DNA of 48,966 bases, taken from a virus. The stretch lies in IMG/VR virus record IMGVR_UViG_3300013947_000058, positions 1 through 48,966 of that record, one strand, 5' to 3'. The translations under genes were made by a program, and so were the position numbers. Positions within the stretch are counted from its first letter, which is position 1. Each line of letters begins with the position of its first letter. The notes under the pieces were generated by a model. It searched no databases. It was not told the origin of the DNA and saw only the letters and a list, made by a program, of their open reading frames with translations. This document shows positions 9,573-17,525 of the stretch, piece after piece.

Positions 9573-9950
9573 TTATAAAATTTTCTTATGATTCTTATAT
9601 TCAATACTAATCATGTGAGCCTTATAACTATCATCATAATAGCTTGGAGTCTGACTGCCGTATGGCTTAATCATTGGCTCTAACTCCTTCATAGCCTTTT
9701 TAACTTTTTGAACCATTGGCTCAAGTTTACTATATGCTTGCTTAGGCACATAACACATTACTGCATACAAATCATCATCAGTACTAAAATTAGCTAATTT
9801 TGATGAACCATCATTCTTTATAACAATGTATTCTTTAGTACATTCACCAATTTTCATTCCTGGAGAATATACATCAAAACCTAATTTCTTCAGATGCTTA
9901 AATATATCTTGCCATCTTGATTCTGCATACTTATAATTTGCATCAATCAT
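9573..9950 (-). CDS. Tail terminator / tail completion protein (putative)
   Basis: Position between the gp10-like protein and major tail protein. GAGGTG RBS before ATG 9950. Confidence 0.35.
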   Translation of the reverse strand: MIDANYKYAESRWQDIFKHLKKLGFDVYSPGMKIGECTKEYIVIKNDGSSKLANFSTDDDLYAVMCYVPKQAYSKLEPMVQKVKKAMKELEPMIKPYGSQTPSYYDDSYKAHMISIEYKNHKKIL

Positions 9951-9960
9951 ACATATCACC

Positions 9961-10323
9961 TCACAACTTTAACTTACTCATTAGATTATTCAGGTCTTTT
10001 ACAATTCTTGGACCTTCCTCTCTAATTGTTGGAGCAATGATAGCATAATTCTTTTCATGTGCAAGCTCAAGCCAAATACCATAATCAACACCATGAGCAA
10101 GTGTAATTCGAATTATGTTTTGACTTGGCTGCGATACTTTTGCATTTAATGTAGCTTTTGCCATACCGGTTCTGTCAGTCCAAGGCCTATTTACTTTCAT
10201 CTTAGCTTGTAACTCACTTGCTTTTGTTGCTGAATACATCAAAACAACCGTACCAAGCTTAACTGACATTTTATCGATATTCTTTTTTAGTGAGCTTGTG
10301 TCATAATTAATTTTGAATGACAT
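9961..10323 (-). CDS. HK97 gp10-like head-tail joining protein
   Basis: RPWTDRTGMAKATL...GVDYGIWLELAHEKNYAII matches the gp10-family pattern (TG...YG.y.E). Confidence 0.6.
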   Translation of the reverse strand: MSFKINYDTSSLKKNIDKMSVKLGTVVLMYSATKASELQAKMKVNRPWTDRTGMAKATLNAKVSQPSQNIIRITLAHGVDYGIWLELAHEKNYAIIAPTIREEGPRIVKDLNNLMSKLKL

Positions 10324-10690
10324 TGTCTACCACCTCCAAAGATATATCTGAAATAATATTCCATTCTTGAATATTTGTAACACCTGTTACTTTAAATTGC
10401 CTTTTATTTATTTCAAGTAAGTCACCAACTTGTAAAGCTAAAGAAGCGGCATCATCATACAAGCATAAAATCATAGGAATTTTCTTTGTTCGAACTTGAG
10501 TTGTGTCTCCAGTTGTAATCTGGATATTACTGTTTTGCTCATGATACAATCCTTTAATTATACCAACAGTAACTGAATCATTATCAGGTTCACCAAACTC
10601 ATTCAAACTAAACCTCTTAAACTCGTAATCAATACCGCTTCTTTTTAATTCTCTTTCTATTTTATACGCTTCAAATTTTTTGTTTATCAT
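10307..10690 (-). CDS. Head closure / head-tail adaptor protein (putative)
   Basis: GGAGGTG RBS before ATG 10690. Position in the connector block. Confidence 0.4.
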   Translation of the reverse strand: MINKKFEAYKIERELKRSGIDYEFKRFSLNEFGEPDNDSVTVGIIKGLYHEQNSNIQITTGDTTQVRTKKIPMILCLYDDAASLALQVGDLLEINKRQFKVTGVTNIQEWNIISDISLEVVDNVIQN

Positions 10691-10701
10691 CTTCACACCT
10701 C

Positions 10702-10977
10702 CTAATTTTCGGAGAGAATGCAAGAATTAAACTTTTTAAATCGAGACGCCAATCTTCTAAAATAACCAGAGGTGTCGCTTGTGCTGAGACCACTTACAGA
10801 AATAGTAGAATCTTCAGCTTTAATAAGTAGCATCTCATAAATCGTAGAACGAACGTCTTCATTATTTTTTTTCAAATAATAATAAAAATCGTCATCTTCA
10901 AAGTATGGGCACTGTCCTTCTCTCGTTTCTCTTTTCACCTCAGCTATTTTATCTTCTATCTCTTTAGTAAAGCTCAT
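10702..10977 (-). CDS. Head-tail connector protein (putative)
   Basis: AGGAGGTG RBS. 91 aa. First gene of the connector block after the capsid region. Confidence 0.35.
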   Translation of the reverse strand: MSFTKEIEDKIAEVKRETREGQCPYFEDDDFYYYLKKNNEDVRSTIYEMLLIKAEDSTISVSGLSTSDTSGYFRRLASRFKKFNSCILSEN

Positions 10978-11001
10978 CTCGACACCTCCTGAATTTGTTA
11001 T

Positions 11002-11301
11002 TTATTCGATATAACTTTTTATAATTTCTTTTGCTTCATTAGCATTCTTAGTGCCGGAAATATCAATTTCTTTAACAGCTGCAAAATGCTTTACCTCTTC
11101 CTTACTCCATTGAGAAATAGGCTTTTCAAGCATCTCTTCAATAAAAATCTCATCCTTAGACTTTTCAGGAATAGTAGGTGCAGTTGAAGCATCAGGCTTC
11201 TTATCTTCATTTACAAGGTGATAGCCTTGACGAGAATAAATCCCGTCAAAAGCACCACGAGTTACTTCAAATAAGTTTACGCCATTTGTAATCTTAACCA
11301 T
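11002..11301 (-). CDS. Hypothetical protein following the capsid gene (C-terminal SAP/Rho_N-like motif)
   Basis: AAGGAGGAG RBS. C-terminus SKEEVKHFAAVKEIDISGTKNANEAKEIIKSYIE. Confidence 0.4.
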   Translation of the reverse strand: MVKITNGVNLFEVTRGAFDGIYSRQGYHLVNEDKKPDASTAPTIPEKSKDEIFIEEMLEKPISQWSKEEVKHFAAVKEIDISGTKNANEAKEIIKSYIE

Positions 11302-11320
11302 GCCATTACTCCTCCTTTAC

Positions 11321-12355
11321 TTAGCCTGCATTAGTGTCCAAAATATAAATCTGGTCAGCGGCTTCAAAAGAAGGCAAGCAAATCATCGAAACAATAGTTT
11401 CAACCTGAACAGGGTCAGCTTTCTGAACAGTAGTAACTGTAACACCGGTATCAGTAATAGATACGTTTGCAACAGAGCCGGACATAAGGTCAGATTCAGC
11501 AGGAGTAGTACCAAACCAAGTCTTACCAAGGTCGCCATCTGGGAACATAACAAAAGTGTTATCAGGCATAAACTTAGCAGTCTGCTCATTCTCATCCTTG
11601 TAGCGTTTATCGTTAACAACAATGTCAATTTCAAGCTCGTCCATAAGATACTGACGAAGCTGCTTATCAGAGACAGCACCAGCACCATTAGTAAGAACGA
11701 AGATTGCTTTCTTAATCTTTTCGTTGTTACGAATATTTCTCCAAGTCTTGCCGTCACACATCGCACGAGTAATTACCGCACCTGTTTCATCTTGAATCTT
11801 TTCCTTAGCGACTCTAATATCCTCAATCGGGTCAGAATTAGCATGGTCAGACCAAGCAGTAGCCGCATTACCCTTATGAGTTACACCATAATCAAAGCTA
11901 AAGTTCTGACCATTAGCGGCCATAGAAATAATGCCTGTAGTAAGTGCCATCATACGCATTCTTTCACGAGCAGCACGAGCACCACGAAGCAAACGAGTTT
12001 CATCATCAAAAATCTTATTCATTACGGAATCAATATAAGCTTGATTGCCGGTCTCAAGAACAAGATTGAGCTCCTGACGAAGTTCTTCATCAATATATGT
12101 AGATTCCTTAAAGTACGGCATTTCAGCAGTAAGCTTATCAAAGCCAATACGTGCACGAGGAATCGCATGCACATCAAATGCAGAAGTCTTAAGCACAACA
12201 GGCAAACCTTTACTACCCTTAATCCATTTAAGAGAAATACCTCTCTTTTTATCATCAGGGAAAAGCTCTTCACAAGGATACGGAGCTTCGTCCTGAATGA
12301 GCTCTTCCCAATATGCAACGAGTTCAGTACTCTGCATTAAATCGAAAATAGTCAT
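11321..12355 (-). CDS. Major capsid protein (lambda gpE-like family)
   Basis: 344 aa. N-terminal pattern ...EELFPDDKKRGISLKWIKGSKGLPVVLKTSAFDVHAIPRARIGF...MPYFKES is typical of the capsid protein E family. Preceded by decoration-like and scaffold genes. Confidence 0.75.
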   Translation of the reverse strand: MTIFDLMQSTELVAYWEELIQDEAPYPCEELFPDDKKRGISLKWIKGSKGLPVVLKTSAFDVHAIPRARIGFDKLTAEMPYFKESTYIDEELRQELNLVLETGNQAYIDSVMNKIFDDETRLLRGARAARERMRMMALTTGIISMAANGQNFSFDYGVTHKGNAATAWSDHANSDPIEDIRVAKEKIQDETGAVITRAMCDGKTWRNIRNNEKIKKAIFVLTNGAGAVSDKQLRQYLMDELEIDIVVNDKRYKDENEQTAKFMPDNTFVMFPDGDLGKTWFGTTPAESDLMSGSVANVSITDTGVTVTTVQKADPVQVETIVSMICLPSFEAADQIYILDTNAG

Positions 12356-12376
12356 TTTCTTTTTCCTCCTTCTTAC

Positions 12377-12787
12377 TTACGCCTTCATAAACGTAATCTT
12401 ATCAGTAGAACCAGAAATAGCAACTGCAGTTGTGATAGCAGCAGCAACATCAGAATCCACACGATTCACATTTACAAAACCAAAAATCAAAGCAGTGCCA
12501 TTAGCATTGCCATCAGTTACATCAACATCATGAAGCAATACGGCGTTCATCGGAACAGCTGCAGCTCCACCTCCTGTAGTGTCAGGGTCTACCTTCTTTG
12601 CTGCAGTCTGAAGATTCATCAAATCAATATTGATAGGAGTACCTGCCTTTGCAATCTTCTTGGTACCTACAGCAACACCAAGAGCTTGAGGCACGATACA
12701 ACCAACAGAACTCTGAAGCTCAACATTAGCAAGAATCTGCTTAGTTGCAGTCAGAGTAGTCTTAGAAATACCACTACGATTCAGCAT
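12377..12787 (-). CDS. Head decoration protein (putative, gpD-like position)
   Basis: 136 aa, Gly/Ala/Val-rich and beta-type. Located directly upstream of the E-like capsid gene. Confidence 0.45.
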   Translation of the reverse strand: MLNRSGISKTTLTATKQILANVELQSSVGCIVPQALGVAVGTKKIAKAGTPINIDLMNLQTAAKKVDPDTTGGGAAAVPMNAVLLHDVDVTDGNANGTALIFGFVNVNRVDSDVAAAITTAVAISGSTDKITFMKA

Positions 12788-12807
12788 TCTTATATACCTC
12801 CATAAAT

Positions 12808-13524
12808 TTATTTGTTATTACCCCAGTAACTGGACTTTTTACCAGTACCACGGCGCTGTGCGGCAAGACGAGCACCAAGACCTTTCTCTTCACCCTTACC
12901 TTTTTCTTCCTTAGATGTTTTAACTGAAGAGCCAGTGCCTTTCTGACCAGTCTTACCTTTATCCTTACCACCCTTGTCATCATCTTCGGATTTACCGAAC
13001 CAAACAGGGTACTTAGTTTTGAACTCACCGATAATAGTCTTCATGTCAGAATCTTCTGTCATCTTTGCAAGTGCAAGAGTAACCACATCATCAACATATT
13101 GAGTTTTTACACCCAACATCATAGCTTCTGCTTTAGCTTCTGCAACCTGAGCTCTCTGCTCGGCTTCATTCATTTTGTTCTGATTTTCGGCATCCTTTTC
13201 TGCAGCCTTCTGCTCATCAGTCTTCTGACTTTCAATAAGTGCCTTAACCATTGCAACCATCTTGGAATCCTTAGGGTCAATACCAAGTTCCTTAAGAGCA
13301 GCACTACGACCCTGATTCTTTTCACGGGTCATCATCTTATTTACCTGCTCCTGGGTAAAAGTCTTATCTGATTTACCCTTGTCTCCATCTTTTTTACCGC
13401 CCTTATCAGATTTATCATCTTTACCGGACTTTCCAGAATCATCCTCATTATCGTCCTGGTCCTCAACGTCCTCGTTCTCTTCAATTTCCTCATCAGTGAG
13501 GCTGTTCTTATTTTCTTCTGCCAT
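12808..13524 (-). CDS. Capsid scaffolding protein
   Basis: GGAGG RBS before ATG 13524. Highly charged coiled coil (EQKAAEKDAENQNKMNEAEQRAQVAEAKAEA). Position upstream of the head genes. Confidence 0.6.
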   Translation of the reverse strand: MAEENKNSLTDEEIEENEDVEDQDDNEDDSGKSGKDDKSDKGGKKDGDKGKSDKTFTQEQVNKMMTREKNQGRSAALKELGIDPKDSKMVAMVKALIESQKTDEQKAAEKDAENQNKMNEAEQRAQVAEAKAEAMMLGVKTQYVDDVVTLALAKMTEDSDMKTIIGEFKTKYPVWFGKSEDDDKGGKDKGKTGQKGTGSSVKTSKEEKGKGEEKGLGARLAAQRRGTGKKSSYWGNNK

Positions 13525-13550
13525 TTTAATTTCCTCCTGTTCCATGATTC

Positions 13551-13955
13551 TCATGGTAGATATTTGATAATTTGTTCCTTGTGATTATTTTCAGACGCCA
13601 CAAAGGTAAACGTACCTGGGAACATCTTATTCACTTTATCTACGTATTCTTCGAGACGTTGCTTCTTTTTGAACACCATAGAATTTAGCATTCTTGCCAT
13701 TTCCTGATTATTGCTACCATGGTTTCTTCGTATCCTCTTTTTTGTTTTCTCAAGGTCCTCAACTAATTCATAGTAACGTTTATCTTGAATAGATATACGG
13801 TAAATCTTATTACACTTTGGACACGCAAAATAAACCAAGTTAACAGGCACACCATTCAATTCAATGATGGCCTCATGTATTCCCACAGCATCCAAGTAAA
13901 ACTCATGTTTACATTCATCACACACGATTATTGCTTTTTCTTGTTCTTGATTCAT
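13551..13955 (-). CDS. Zinc-ribbon protein, paralog B of a tandem pair
   Basis: CDECKHEF...(~30 aa)...CPKCNKIY followed by a basic helical tail. Same architecture as 13952..14371. Confidence 0.6.
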   Translation of the reverse strand: MNQEQEKAIIVCDECKHEFYLDAVGIHEAIIELNGVPVNLVYFACPKCNKIYRISIQDKRYYELVEDLEKTKKRIRRNHGSNNQEMARMLNSMVFKKKQRLEEYVDKVNKMFPGTFTFVASENNHKEQIIKYLP

Positions 13956-14371
13956 ACTGAAAACCTCAACATAAAATCAGAATCCGTTTCGTTGTCGTGT
14001 ACCAACTTACCGGTATATTCTTTCATAAGTTTCATCCTGTAATCAGACAGGTGCTGTCGAGCTTTCTTGAATTTTGCTGATTGTTTTTGTGGAATGTCTT
14101 TGCCCTTTTTCTTTGCTACAGCAAGTTTTACAAACTGTCTGGAAACTTCCTTAAGTTTATTAAGCGAAACTGCATCATCAATCTGGACGTAATGGCGTCT
14201 ACCACACTTAGGGCAATCGTAATACGTAAGAAATATTGATTGTCCATTTACATTAAACTCTTTTTTATGAGTAACTGCATTTGCCGCCTCGCTTGCTGAA
14301 ATACTAAACTTAGTTTTACAATCTTCACACTCAACAAGTAATAGCATTGTTTCTTTATCAATTTTACTCAC
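13952..14371 (-). CDS. Zinc-ribbon protein, paralog A of a tandem pair
   Basis: GTG start with AAGGAGG RBS. CEDCKTKF...CPKCGRRHY followed by a basic helical tail. Driven by promoter P3. Confidence 0.6.
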   Translation of the reverse strand: MSKIDKETMLLLVECEDCKTKFSISASEAANAVTHKKEFNVNGQSIFLTYYDCPKCGRRHYVQIDDAVSLNKLKEVSRQFVKLAVAKKKGKDIPQKQSAKFKKARQHLSDYRMKLMKEYTGKLVHDNETDSDFMLRFSV

Positions 14372-14420
14372 TTGATTTCCTCCTTTTTCTGGAAATTGGT
14401 CAACATAACCACTTGTTTAT

Positions 14421-14449
14421 ATTATACCACACAAAATTAGATTTGTAAA
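14421..14449 (-). promoter_or_regulatory. Promoter P3 (TTTACA -35, 17 nt, TGGTATAAT)
   Basis: Minus strand reads cctaTTTACAaatctaattttgtgTGGTATAATataa. Overlaps the 3' end of the ARH gene. Confidence 0.75.
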
Positions 14450-15234
14450 TAGGAAAATACAAAAATTTTGAACTTTTCCAAATAAATTTTAACCTTAGAA
14501 TCCAGTTGGTCAATCCATCTTTGCGGTATAGCATCATAACCAAATCTTGCCCCTGCAATACTACCGGTAATAGCAGCTATCGTGTCTGCATCACCACCAT
14601 CATTTACTGCACCAATTATGGCCTTTTCAAATGATGGTTTACTTGCCCAATATAATGAATTATTGAATGTATCTTTGATATATCCAGAAGGCTCCAGAAT
14701 TGATTTTACTTTATAGGTATATAAATTATTATATAATATATTCTGAATCAATCTGGTGTACTCCAGAATTATCTGGGAACATTCTGAATTATTATGAGTT
14801 AATTTACTTTGTGCCACATTCAAATCAGGTCTATTTATTAAAGCGCATGGCATAGCTCTCATCAAGCTACCATTACCAAGAGCTGTATTATCTCTTTTAA
14901 TAAAATGACCTGTTGACATTGCATAGATTATTCCTTTTTGACATTGACCACCTATATCTTTTGGCCCCATTCGATACCACTCAATAAAATTACCCATGCA
15001 ATGCTTTTCAAATAACTTAATATTATTCATCAAAGCATCCATTACACAGATAGTCATTTGAGTATCATCCGTTACCTTACCAGCTTCAAGATTTAACCAA
15101 CCACCACCAATAATATCGGTTACCTTACCATATTGCTTTTTGATTTGTTTATGATTCATAAACTCAGTAGTTGCACCCATTGCATCACCGATAGCAAATC
15201 CATATATTGCACCTGCAATCTTATTCTTTATCAT
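14437..15234 (-). CDS. ADP-ribosylglycohydrolase (DraG/ARH family)
   Basis: GFAIGDAMGATTEF, VTDDTQMT and NDGGDADTIAAITGSIAGA are hallmark ARH metal-binding motifs. Start uncertain (ATGs between 15234 and 15279). Overlaps the end of the preceding small ORF. Confidence 0.85.
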   Translation of the reverse strand: MIKNKIAGAIYGFAIGDAMGATTEFMNHKQIKKQYGKVTDIIGGGWLNLEAGKVTDDTQMTICVMDALMNNIKLFEKHCMGNFIEWYRMGPKDIGGQCQKGIIYAMSTGHFIKRDNTALGNGSLMRAMPCALINRPDLNVAQSKLTHNNSECSQIILEYTRLIQNILYNNLYTYKVKSILEPSGYIKDTFNNSLYWASKPSFEKAIIGAVNDGGDADTIAAITGSIAGARFGYDAIPQRWIDQLDSKVKIYLEKFKIFVFSYLQI

Positions 15235-15451
15235 ACTCAACATCATACTCAACACACTCACCTCCATCAAGGACTTCATCGGGCTTTACTTCATATTTGA
15301 CACATTTAGATGTGTTGCAAGGCATTCCTTTATCTTTGAAACGATTTCGACAATCCTTGCAAATCAGATTATCATTAGTTACCAAATTAAAGCTTAACTT
15401 ATCTTTTTGAAACTTCTCATCAATAGTACTTAAATTTTTATTTGTTGCCAT
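15221..15451 (-). CDS. Small Cys-rich (zinc-binding type) protein
   Basis: AAAGGAGG RBS before ATG 15451. CKDCRNRF...C...C...C pattern. First gene behind promoter P4. Confidence 0.6.
   Translation of the reverse strand: MATNKNLSTIDEKFQKDKLSFNLVTNDNLICKDCRNRFKDKGMPCNTSKCVKYEVKPDEVLDGGECVEYDVEYDKE
15230..15253. repeat. Perfect 12-bp tandem duplication (atcatactcaac x2)
   Basis: In frame in both overlapping ORFs. Gives VEYDVEYD in the small ORF and LSMMLSM in the ARH 5' extension. Confidence 0.9.
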
Positions 15452-15480
15452 AATTAGCACCTCCTTTTACTTCTATAGAT

Positions 15481-15509
15481 ATTATACCACATTACACTCA
15501 ATTTGTACA
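15481..15509 (-). promoter_or_regulatory. Promoter P4 (TGTACA -35, 17 nt, TGGTATAAT)
   Basis: Minus strand reads attttcaaaaagtaTGTACAaattgagtgtaatgTGGTATAATatctatagaag. A TCTATAGA palindrome sits at the predicted start site. Confidence 0.8.
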
Positions 15510-15523
15510 TACTTTTTGAAAAT

Positions 15524-17509
15524 TTATTTCGAACCTTTTAAATTTTTTAAAGTCATATAAATTCGTCTTACATCGCCACGACTATTAAATTCAACATTGT
15601 CAACCATAAATTTGCCACCACAATTCACAAGAAGCTCTCGCTCACTATAAAATTGAGAAATAGGCGCAACATACATTGCTTGACTTCCTTTAGGAATCTT
15701 AATAATATATTCAATACCAATATCAAAGCCACCACTTGCATCTGGCGACGTAGATAAGAATCCAGAGTCTTGAACAATACCACCAACAAGTCTATCCTTA
15801 TTCTCTTTGGAAATATCAAGACCAAGCTCTTCAAGCATATTGTATCTGGAGCCACGACGAACTATTACATCCTCAGGAAGACTTGCTTTCTTTAATGCAG
15901 CTTGACACTGCTTAATAAGCTGCTTAATTTCATCAGATGCATCAAGAGTACCTTTTGACCTAAGATAATCGTTCATTGCATGATATGTCGAGCTTGTATA
16001 TTTAGTAATTGCATCTCTCTGCGCATGGTCTAATGTTGTTAACCAATCGTGACACCATTCTTCCATTACTTTCATTTTTTGTTTTCTCATCATTTTGCGC
16101 CAAGCAGCAGAGTCAAACTGAACACCAACAGTTTTTGCAGTACTTGCAGTTTTCTTGGTAGTCATTGTAGTTTTTATAACAAAGTTCTTATCAGTCAAAT
16201 ACTGATTATAAAACTTCATTAATTGCTGATATGGATGCGGGTCAGACCAGCTTGTTCCCATACTTTTAAGAATTTCACTTGCTTGTTCATAACTAATCTT
16301 ATGAGACCAATCATCAAAATCATACGGCATTTTATCTTTTGTAAATCCATACGGTTTAAGATATTTTTCTTGAATATCACTAAATGCTTGAATCTTTTTC
16401 TTCCCACCAAGATTAGAACCATCACCATTATAAATATTCTTTTCATACCACTGATTCCACGTAAGACCAGATTCATTTTTAAGAGCTTTAGCTTCAGCTT
16501 TTTGAGCTTGTGTCAAGCTATTAAACCAAGAAGAAGGCGACTTTGACGACATACCATATTTGTTAATAAAATCTTGAACATTTCCTACTTTAGAAACTTG
16601 ATAACCAAAATTACCAGCAAACTCATCAATCTCAGGATATGTTCCATCAGGACTATTAAACCAGTCTGCAAGCTTATCAGCCATTTTATCGTCAATAACC
16701 GGTTCCATTGTACACATTCCATTTGGGTGGTCCATCGGCAAATCATCTTTACTGTAATGAACACCATCACGACTTGCACATAATTCACATGTACGGCTAC
16801 CATTGCTTCTCCAAACATATTCTGTTATAAATGGATTCTTTTGAGTAGTTTCAATGAAACTTTGCTGATAGCCATGCTGAACCAATGTCCTTGCTAATCT
16901 CTGAGCATTATAATCAACTTGCTTTTTATAGATTTTCTTGCCATCAGCCATTCGTAAATTCCAAGGCAATTTAGCATTTGGTCTTACATAAGATTCAAGA
17001 TCTTTAGCAATCTCATAAATGGGTTTATTTTCAGCCAAACCTCTTGCCATAACTTGATAAATATCTTTAAGTGTTTGCTCGTTATCACTCCAAATTCTTG
17101 AGCTTAAGCTCCAACCACTTTCATATATTTGACCAGTTATTAGCTTTTGAACAGTTTCATGTGGCACATAACTAAATGCGGCATTCAAACCACCAGAAGA
17201 AAAACCAAAACTCTCTAGCCACTTAGCATTATCTGACACAACTGCATCAGCTACAGTATAAATATTCGACTTTATCTTTTTATGAATTTCATTAGAAACC
17301 TCTTGGCTTGTTTGTCTTAATTGCTTCTGCAATTCTTTGTAATATCGCTCAGACACTGGAGCACTTGCAGTGGATTTGTGAGAGTAGTATTTAGCTCTCT
17401 CACCAATCTCATCTGCCCAATCTTCATAGAGCTTTGCAATCTCTTTTTGCTGAGATGCCATAATGGCAAATTTAGCATCTTCAGCATTTTTAAAAATTAA
17501 ACCAGCCAT
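15524..17509 (-). CDS. Minor capsid protein (SPP1 gp7 / Mu F family) fused to a C-terminal ADP-ribosyltransferase toxin domain
   Basis: MuF signature WRSNGSRTCELCASRDGVHYSKDDLPMDHPNGMCTMEPV. C-terminal R-S-E ART triad: YTSSTYHAMNDYLR, VIVRRGS, GFLSTSP, SERELLV. Confidence 0.85.
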   Translation of the reverse strand: MAGLIFKNAEDAKFAIMASQQKEIAKLYEDWADEIGERAKYYSHKSTASAPVSERYYKELQKQLRQTSQEVSNEIHKKIKSNIYTVADAVVSDNAKWLESFGFSSGGLNAAFSYVPHETVQKLITGQIYESGWSLSSRIWSDNEQTLKDIYQVMARGLAENKPIYEIAKDLESYVRPNAKLPWNLRMADGKKIYKKQVDYNAQRLARTLVQHGYQQSFIETTQKNPFITEYVWRSNGSRTCELCASRDGVHYSKDDLPMDHPNGMCTMEPVIDDKMADKLADWFNSPDGTYPEIDEFAGNFGYQVSKVGNVQDFINKYGMSSKSPSSWFNSLTQAQKAEAKALKNESGLTWNQWYEKNIYNGDGSNLGGKKKIQAFSDIQEKYLKPYGFTKDKMPYDFDDWSHKISYEQASEILKSMGTSWSDPHPYQQLMKFYNQYLTDKNFVIKTTMTTKKTASTAKTVGVQFDSAAWRKMMRKQKMKVMEEWCHDWLTTLDHAQRDAITKYTSSTYHAMNDYLRSKGTLDASDEIKQLIKQCQAALKKASLPEDVIVRRGSRYNMLEELGLDISKENKDRLVGGIVQDSGFLSTSPDASGGFDIGIEYIIKIPKGSQAMYVAPISQFYSERELLVNCGGKFMVDNVEFNSRGDVRRIYMTLKNLKGSK

Positions 17510-17525
17510 TATGGCAACCCCTTTC

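Noticed and set aside
11300-12340. Long plus-strand ORF (346 aa) opposite the major capsid gene. Similar plus-strand ORFs lie at 7454..8209, 43527..44042, 44451..44933 and 46615..47514.
   Set aside because: They lie antisense to well-supported genes and lack RBSs. They encode low-complexity Ser/Asn/Ile/Phe-rich sequence typical of shadow frames in AT-rich DNA. No plus-strand promoter was found.
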